Both the position numbers and the translations under genes were made by a program. A DNA stretch of 64,000 nucleotides from an uncultured Collinsella sp. (GTDB lineage Bacteria > Actinomycetota > Coriobacteriia > Coriobacteriales > Coriobacteriaceae), in NCBI GenBank assembly GCA_900540945.1, contig UQHQ01000005.1:29749-93748 (forward strand), written 5' to 3'. Positions 58,302 to 64,000 of the stretch are shown one piece after another. The number at the start of each line of letters is the position of its first letter. Within the stretch, counting starts at the first letter, position 1. The notes under the pieces are model-generated. The model searched no databases, was not told the origin of the DNA, and was given only the letters and a program-made list of their open reading frames with translations.

Positions 58302-58435
58302 GGTTTTCGGAAGTATGCGGCAAATTCTGGAACCTCCGAGCACACCCTGTTTTTTCGCAACAAAATGCCTGATAAACTAGCCTCAAAAGCCAGGTCTGCT
58401 CATAGGGTTCAGATTTTGCCGCATACTTCCGGATT
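58302..58435. repeat. About 22-bp inverted repeats flanking an about 85-bp spacer (MITE-like or long regulatory stem-loop) upstream of the DUF559-like gene
   Basis: cggaagtatgcggcaaattctg ... cagattttgccgcatacttccg (2 mismatches). Confidence 0.5.
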
Positions 58436-58485
58436 GACGCTGGCATCACTCGCTTCAAAGAGATGATTTCGGCCAGGAGGGCATT

Positions 58486-59559
58486 ATGGACCTGACGCTA
58501 TGCGGTCAATCCGCTTTTTACTATCACCGTATCCCGCCGCAGGTATTAGGCCTTTACCCCGCCATTAGCCTTGGCAATATGGATCGCAGATGTTGCGGCC
58601 TCGGAAGTCATGCAGTTGTAAAGGACCTGCTTCACGCACCGCTTCACAGGCTTGTATTCACTCGAGCACAATCCGGGTCGCGAAGCCTGTTTAAATCGCA
58701 CCTCCTGACCCAAGAGCCGCCTCCCGGGTCGTTTAGGCAGACTGAGCATGGGTTTGATGTCACGTCCCCAGAGTTCACACTGCTCAACCTTGCTACGCAG
58801 GTCTCACGCAACCAGCTGCTTATGGCGTGTTATGAGATGTGCAGCTCATTCGCGGTGTTCACGCCTTGCAAACGTACACAACAGCAACTTGATGAGGCAA
58901 TTTCCCTTAAGCTCATTCCGCCTGGCTGCGGTTGGAAGCGTGTTGTCAACACCAAGGGAAATGACACCAACTTGTGGAAGCGCGCACCGCTTCTTGCCGC
59001 AGCGGATATCGCCGCGTTCGCCAAGCAGGCCGCAGGCCTGCGCGGCGTTAAACAGCTCCGCTGGGCGGCCGAGCACATGACAGGGCAGACCGCCTCGCCC
59101 TTCGAAGTACAGACCTCCATGCTTGTCTCGCTCCCCCGCGACGAGGGCGGCATGGGCATCAACATCGCAAACAACGTGCGCATCCCACTCAACGACGCCG
59201 CGCGCTCACTGTATGACAAAACCTGCTGCTACGCCGATATCCTCATCGAGAGCAACACCGACAGCATGGGCGTCATCCTTGAATGCCAAGGCCGCTCCGC
59301 CCACGACAGCGAAGCCGCGAGCCTCTCCGATGCCGAGCGCGCCACCGCACTCACAAGCATGGGCTACGACGTCATCCAAATTACCTATGATCAGATCAAG
59401 GACAAAAGGAGCTTTGGCAACCTAGCCGAACTCATCCATAAAAAGGCGGGGCTCCCCTACATCCCAAAGACCGATCAGGAACGCTCCACCGAAGATGCCC
59501 TGCGACGGGAGCTGTTGTTCAATTGGGATGAGCTGTTCACTGCCGGGCCGGCCGGCTAG
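58486..59559 (+). CDS. Hypothetical protein with C-terminal DUF559-like (restriction-endonuclease-fold) domain
   Basis: 357 aa. C-terminal CYADILIE...MGVILECQGRSAHD...DAERATALTSMGYDVIQI resembles the DUF559/Vsr-like fold. No other motif recognised. Confidence 0.5.
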   Translation: MDLTLCGQSAFYYHRIPPQVLGLYPAISLGNMDRRCCGLGSHAVVKDLLHAPLHRLVFTRAQSGSRSLFKSHLLTQEPPPGSFRQTEHGFDVTSPEFTLLNLATQVSRNQLLMACYEMCSSFAVFTPCKRTQQQLDEAISLKLIPPGCGWKRVVNTKGNDTNLWKRAPLLAAADIAAFAKQAAGLRGVKQLRWAAEHMTGQTASPFEVQTSMLVSLPRDEGGMGINIANNVRIPLNDAARSLYDKTCCYADILIESNTDSMGVILECQGRSAHDSEAASLSDAERATALTSMGYDVIQITYDQIKDKRSFGNLAELIHKKAGLPYIPKTDQERSTEDALRRELLFNWDELFTAGPAG

Positions 59560-60416
59560 CAGCTAGCGATCAGGGGCAGAGCGGGCACACCGGGTGATGC
59601 GACGCGGGCGGCAAATCCCGCCTCAGTTAGCTCGACGACCTCGGTAAACGTTGCATCGAAAAACTCCTCGGTTAGCAAGCGATACGGCGGATGATCGGGC
59701 TCGCCGGGGTTTTCGCGTACAATCTCGTGCATAACGCCGATGGTCTTGAGCACATACTCCTTATGGATGGGATACTGACCAAAACGCGTCGCCGCAGTAT
59801 AGAGGCGATCGGTCGCGCGCGGAATCGAAACAATGCCGAGCGTCTTGCCAAACCAGTCAAAGTCGCCTTGCTTTTTAATGCGGAATTCCTCGCACGGCTT
59901 GCCGCCGTGCGCCTCCAGGTACTGATTCACGCGCGTATTCCACACGGTATCGGCCACGAGGTGAGACCAAACACCCAGCGTCAGATCGAGCAGCGACTGC
60001 GCCACGTCATCGGGCGCGAGCGAAAGCTCGCTAGCACCGGGACCGACAACCGGCTCGGCGTCCTTGTAACGTTGGGGATAATGCACCCGATTGAGTCGCT
60101 CGCGCTCCTCGACAATCGAGGTCGCGGCAGCCGGCGTACCAACAGGCGCCCCTTTAAGCAGCGGCGCCACATAGGTATCCCAGAACTCGTGCTCGCGCGG
60201 CTTAGGGATAGGCTCGGGCTTTGCAAAGTGCGTAATGCGGTACGGGATGGGATCGGCGATGCCAGGGACCATATAACCCACGAAGATATCCGGAACCACG
60301 CAGCCAAACAAAAAGGCATTGCGGTCGCGCACGCTATTGGCAAGCGCACCGGTGCGCTCCAGCAAACGCTCCGTCTGAGCGATATGAATGTTCCAGCTTG
60401 GCATAGCCACCCCCAT
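59556..60416 (-). CDS. Hypothetical protein, possibly zinc-dependent phospholipase C-like (H-x-x-x-A N-terminal Zn motif)
   Basis: 286 aa. MPSWNIHIAQTERLL N-terminus resembles the PLC-like zinc-binding start. Otherwise unassigned. Confidence 0.4.
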   Translation of the reverse strand: MGVAMPSWNIHIAQTERLLERTGALANSVRDRNAFLFGCVVPDIFVGYMVPGIADPIPYRITHFAKPEPIPKPREHEFWDTYVAPLLKGAPVGTPAAATSIVEERERLNRVHYPQRYKDAEPVVGPGASELSLAPDDVAQSLLDLTLGVWSHLVADTVWNTRVNQYLEAHGGKPCEEFRIKKQGDFDWFGKTLGIVSIPRATDRLYTAATRFGQYPIHKEYVLKTIGVMHEIVRENPGEPDHPPYRLLTEEFFDATFTEVVELTEAGFAARVASPGVPALPLIASC

Positions 60417-60483
60417 AAAAACCTGGATAACTATACCATCACGGCAAAGCCGCGCGGGCGGCTACGCACGCTCTACGCAGCAA

Positions 60484-61254
60484 CTATTCCGCAGCGCCGC
60501 TCTCGGTTCCATACGACGGCGAAGGCGCCTCGACCACATGGTGATATCGATCGATATAGATGGCGCGGGTGCCCAGGCGCCGCACCAAATCCTGATGATG
60601 TGTGCTCATCAAGACCGTCTTGCCAGCAGCAACATAGGCCAGTAGAAAGTTGACCACGATGTCGCACGAGTCCTCGTCAAGTCCGTTGGTAGGCTCGTCG
60701 AGTACCAGGATATCGGGGTTCATCGACACCACCGCAGCCAGCGCAACGCGCTTCTTTTGCCCGCCCGAGAGCTGATAGGGAGAGGCGTCGGCAAGGTCGG
60801 CAACCTGGAACAGCCCCATGGCATCGCGCACGCGGCGCTCGAGCTCGTCTGCCGGCAGCCCCATCTGCGCGGGACCAAAGGCAACTTCCTCGCCCACCGT
60901 AGCACAGAACAGCTGGGCGTCGGCATTCTGGAACACAAAGCCCACGCGCTGATGAAAACGCTGAGCGGCCGCGGAATCCTTTAGAAACGCCGCATCGATC
61001 ACGTGCCCGTCAAACAGGTATGCCCCTGCGTCCGCGAGTTCAAGGCCGTTAATAAGGCGCATAATCGTCGTCTTACCGCAGCCGTTGGGACCGAGCAGGG
61101 CAACGAGTTCACCACGATCGACCTGCAGCGACACGCCATCGACAACCGTATGCCCCGCATAGGAAAACACCACGTCGCGAAACTCGATGAGCGGCGTGGT
61201 CTCGGCGCCGCCCGCACCGTTCGTGCCCGCCGCACTCTTCATATCGATCGTCAA
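60484..61254 (-). CDS. cbiO: ECF/cobalt transporter ATP-binding protein (CbiO/EcfA)
   Basis: Walker A GPNGCGKTT, signature LSGGQKKRVA, Walker B ILVLDEPT. Confidence 0.9.
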   Translation of the reverse strand: MTIDMKSAAGTNGAGGAETTPLIEFRDVVFSYAGHTVVDGVSLQVDRGELVALLGPNGCGKTTIMRLINGLELADAGAYLFDGHVIDAAFLKDSAAAQRFHQRVGFVFQNADAQLFCATVGEEVAFGPAQMGLPADELERRVRDAMGLFQVADLADASPYQLSGGQKKRVALAAVVSMNPDILVLDEPTNGLDEDSCDIVVNFLLAYVAAGKTVLMSTHHQDLVRRLGTRAIYIDRYHHVVEAPSPSYGTESGAAE

Positions 61255-61298
61255 AACGTCGCCCTTCCCTACTCACATCGACGGCTCGGCCGCCCGCA

Positions 61299-62141
61299 CT
61301 ACAGCACGGCGCACAACACTGCCAGCAGCGCCACGCCGGCCGCATAGACCGCATCGCGCCAGCTAAACCCGGCGCGCGCGGGCGCCGGATACGTACCGGC
61401 AAAGCCGCGGCACAGCATAGCCTCGTCCATCGCGCGGCTGCATTCCATCGCCTTGATAAAGGTCATGCCCATGATACCCGCCAGCGAGTCGGTGCGCGAA
61501 AAACCCGCAGGCGCACGGCCAACGCTGCGCAGCATGACCGATTCACACAGATCGTGCGCCGTGCGACCCAGCACCTCGATGTGCTTGAGCGCCATATCAA
61601 ACGTAAAGATAACTTCGTCGGGTAGATGCAGCATCTTAAGCGCCGCCGACATTCGGCTCCACGTGAGGGTCCACGAAACGCCCAGCACCAGCGACACATT
61701 AATGAAGGTCTTGAGTGCAATCTTGAGCATGGCGCCCGTGGCAGAAGCACCCAGCAGCAGGGCAGGAAGCGCCAGAACTACGGCAAACCCCGCGGCAGCC
61801 AACGCCGGCACAAAGGTTGCCCGCAGCCCGCGTACGGGGCGCACGGCAACGAGCACCAGCGCGATAGCCGCCATCAACATGAGGTACAGCGGACTCTGTG
61901 TCAGACACACGCACAGGACGCAAACGAACATCCCCACCAGGCGCACCGGAGCCGAAACGCAAGAAAGGGCGCGGTCGACCATCGACCCGCCCTCGTGCGC
62001 GCCTCCACCCAGGCGAACCCGCTCAAGCAGGCTCGCCAGGTGCAGGACATTCTTTTGCATCACACGATGCCGAGCCCCCGCGGGCTCGTATCGCTGCTCG
62101 ACCGCAAGCCAGCTAGGCAGCTCGGCTATTGCCATGAGCAC
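61299..62141 (-). CDS. cbiQ: ECF/cobalt transporter transmembrane T component (CbiQ/EcfT)
   Basis: 280 aa, about 6 TM, CbiQ family features. Overlaps cbiM by 29 nt. Confidence 0.8.
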   Translation of the reverse strand: MLMAIAELPSWLAVEQRYEPAGARHRVMQKNVLHLASLLERVRLGGGAHEGGSMVDRALSCVSAPVRLVGMFVCVLCVCLTQSPLYLMLMAAIALVLVAVRPVRGLRATFVPALAAAGFAVVLALPALLLGASATGAMLKIALKTFINVSLVLGVSWTLTWSRMSAALKMLHLPDEVIFTFDMALKHIEVLGRTAHDLCESVMLRSVGRAPAGFSRTDSLAGIMGMTFIKAMECSRAMDEAMLCRGFAGTYPAPARAGFSWRDAVYAAGVALLAVLCAVL

Positions 62142-63195
62142 CGCTTTCCTTGACCGTCAGCGAGACCAGGCGGAATGCGATGGTGAGCACCGCCACGCCA
62201 ATCACGCCCGAAAGAATATACATCGCGGCCTGGCCGGCAAAGCCAAGGCCCTGCTCCTCGGAATAGGCCTGCAGATAATCGCCCGTGGGCAGAGCGTCTG
62301 CAAAGGTCGGGGTATCGAGGCCGACCGAAGCCTGCAGGCTGTTGTCGCCAGCCTCCTGAACGGCAGTCGCGGCGCCCTCGGCGTCCCACTCGCCCCAGGC
62401 GTCACCCGTGGCTAGCAGGCCCAGCGGCGTGGCCACGACAAGGACGGCGACCAGGATGAGCGTGGGAATCAGGGAAGTCTTCTTGGCAGCACCATCGGCG
62501 GCAAGCTGGCCATCGGCGGCTTCGGGACCGACGATAATGCCCGGCGCCGTCTTCTTGATAAAGCCGTAGATGGCGGCCGTCGCCACGCCCTCGACCACGC
62601 CGGCAACCAGCATATGCGGGATCAACATTGCCGGAATAGCCACGGACAGCGGGAAGGGGCAGTACAGTGGAGCACCCGAGGCGTTGGTGAAGAGCATCGG
62701 CTGAATACCAAACTCGATTGCCGCGCACAGGGCCGCCAGGCACAGGCCGACCCAGCCGCTTACGATAGCCGAAACCGAGGTGCCCCAGCTCTTGTCGTGC
62801 AAACGGCTGTTGAGCGCACGGAACACGACAGCAGCGGCAAACGGCAGCACGAAGGCCATGTTAAAGCAGTTGGCGCCAAAGGACAGAATGCCGCCGTCGC
62901 CAAACAGCAGCGCCTGCAGCGCCAGCGCGACCGAGACAGCGATGGCAGCGGCCTCGGGGCCCAGCAGCAGCGCGATGAGTGCGCCGCCGACGGCGTGGCC
63001 TGTGGTGCCGCCGGGCAGCGGCACGTTGAACATCATGAGCAGGAAGGAGAACGCGGCGCAGATGCCCAGGAAAGCCATGTGCTCGCGATCGAGCGTGGCG
63101 CGCACCTTCTTGATGCAGTGGACCCAAACGGGCACCATTGCCACCGCCATGACGGCATCGGTCTGCGGGGACAGATAATTATCTGGAATGTGCAT
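62113..63195 (-). CDS. cbiM: Cobalt/nickel ECF transporter substrate component CbiM with fused C-terminal CbiN-like extension
   Basis: MHIPDNYLS N-terminus (CbiM signature MHIPDG-L), 7 TM, then an additional TM + soluble tail. RBS GGGAGG 5 nt before the ATG. Confidence 0.88.
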   Translation of the reverse strand: MHIPDNYLSPQTDAVMAVAMVPVWVHCIKKVRATLDREHMAFLGICAAFSFLLMMFNVPLPGGTTGHAVGGALIALLLGPEAAAIAVSVALALQALLFGDGGILSFGANCFNMAFVLPFAAAVVFRALNSRLHDKSWGTSVSAIVSGWVGLCLAALCAAIEFGIQPMLFTNASGAPLYCPFPLSVAIPAMLIPHMLVAGVVEGVATAAIYGFIKKTAPGIIVGPEAADGQLAADGAAKKTSLIPTLILVAVLVVATPLGLLATGDAWGEWDAEGAATAVQEAGDNSLQASVGLDTPTFADALPTGDYLQAYSEEQGLGFAGQAAMYILSGVIGVAVLTIAFRLVSLTVKESGAHGNSRAA

Positions 63196-63282
63196 GTACG
63201 CCTCCCGGTTGTCGGCGCACAGAATTGCAACGCCGCTTAAATCGCCTTGTCAGTGTTACGTATTGTCAGATTCGTAACACGC

Positions 63283-63323
63283 CGCGGGCTATCATAGCAA
63301 AACGGCGCGCTGCCGACAAAGCA
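63283..63323 (-). promoter_or_regulatory. Putative cbiMQO promoter (TTGTCG-N17-TATGAT) and about 85-nt leader containing an 8-bp hairpin
   Basis: Minus strand ttgtcggcagcgcgccgttttgctatgatag. Leader hairpin gtgttacg...cgtaacac. Confidence 0.4.
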
Positions 63324-63443
63324 GCACGCCGTTATGTAATGCGCGTGTCATATATGCAGGCTCAGCAATGCCTTTTCCAAACACTGCGGTCACGCAGGGC
63401 CCCACAGCAACTGCCGAGGGGTCCTGCGCTCCCAGCGCAAGCC

Positions 63444-64000
63444 TTATCCGCGGACCTCGCCGTTTACGCCCTTGCACACCTTGGTGACGATCTTCTGGTG
63501 CGCTTTTTCGACCTCTTCGCTGGTGAGCGTGTGGTCGTCGGAGCGATACGTAAGCGCAAAGGCCATGGACTTCTTGCCCGCTCCGATGCGGATGGGATCG
63601 CGGTAGACGTCGAACAGGCGCACGCCCTCGAGCAGCTTGCCACCGGCGCTGGTAATACGGCGCTCAAGATCCTCGCAGGTCACAGCGTTGTCGACCACGA
63701 TAGCAAGGTCGTGCTCAACAGCCGGGTACTGCGAGAACTCGCGGTAGTTCTCCTGGTTGCGGGCGCCCTTGATCAGCTTGTCCAGATCGAGCTCAAAGGC
63801 AACGACGACCTCATCGATGCCCATCGCCTCGCGCGCCTTGGGGTGAATCTCGCCGACCCAGCCCAGCACGGTGCCGCCGGACAGAACCTCGGCCGCACGA
63901 CCCGGCTGCAAGAAAGCGTAGCCCTCGCCCTCGACGGGACGGAAGCGGACCTTCTCGATGCGCAGCTGGGCGAGCAGCTCCTCGACAATGCCCTTGCCAA
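63444..64000 (-). CDS. pheT: Phenylalanine--tRNA ligase beta subunit, C-terminal part (5' end beyond the window)
   Basis: C-terminal FDX-ACB domain ...KSMAFALTYRSDDHTLTSEEVEKAHQKIV. Frame open to the window end. Confidence 0.85.
   Translation of the reverse strand, partial: GKGIVEELLAQLRIEKVRFRPVEGEGYAFLQPGRAAEVLSGGTVLGWVGEIHPKAREAMGIDEVVVAFELDLDKLIKGARNQENYREFSQYPAVEHDLAIVVDNAVTCEDLERRITSAGGKLLEGVRLFDVYRDPIRIGAGKKSMAFALTYRSDDHTLTSEEVEKAHQKIVTKVCKGVNGEVRG

Noticed and set aside
63196-63443. Cobalamin or NiCo riboswitch upstream of cbiM
   Set aside because: The leader downstream of the predicted promoter is only about 85 nt, with no B12 box (GCCACTG) or recognisable riboswitch core. Only a simple hairpin is present.

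Overview
This is a high-GC (about 60-65%) Gram-positive chromosomal segment. Gene content suggests Actinobacteria, probably Coriobacteriia (Collinsella/Olsenella-like); this is a guess from gene content only. Almost all real genes are on the minus strand. Only the D,D-carboxypeptidase, pyruvate kinase, a DUF559-like protein and one tiny ORF are on the plus strand. Most long plus-strand ORFs in the track are antisense artefacts of GC-rich coding DNA. The track also shows non-ATG starts as M.

Housekeeping genes found: LarA-like lactate racemase (partial), ppc, hisS, an M20 amidohydrolase, a DMT/EamA transporter, two tandem translationally coupled YhgE/Pip membrane proteins, htpG, a GNAT acetyltransferase, an orphan CpsB-CpsD-CpsC tyrosine-kinase capsule-regulation module, two OmpR-type two-component systems flanking a lone pstB, an S11 D-Ala-D-Ala carboxypeptidase, serS, proC, rlmH, an SPFH protein, tatD, rsmA, metG, rsmI, a GH5 glycosidase, a BrnT/BrnA toxin-antitoxin pair, a complete Tad/Flp pilus locus (cpaB, tadZ/cpaE, cpaF, tadB, tadC, two Flp pilins, two TadE-like, a TadG-like protein, DUF192), rsgA, a Ca-type P-type ATPase, pyk, the cbiMQO cobalt/nickel ECF transporter and the pheT 3' end.

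RNA genes: tRNA-Ser(GCT), three identical tandem tRNA-Arg(ACG) genes each with its own promoter and terminator, tRNA-Leu(CAG) and tRNA-Phe(GAA), all on the minus strand.

The most unusual signal is a family of about 100-130 nt GC-rich structured elements found next to the Arg, Leu and Phe tRNA loci (Ser carries only the short inverted T-arm piece). Each carries an inverted copy of the neighbouring tRNA's T-arm and a conserved hairpin with compensatory base changes. At the Arg and Phe loci each element is fused to a 3' fragment of the adjacent tRNA, forming chimeric pseudo-tRNA units. I could not place this family in any known class from sequence alone. Other accessory-type signals: two MITE-like inverted-repeat elements, very long perfect hairpins next to a truncated MFS gene, a 140-bp palindrome plus a possible unannotated ncRNA between larA and ppc, and a BrnTA module beside tRNA-Phe.
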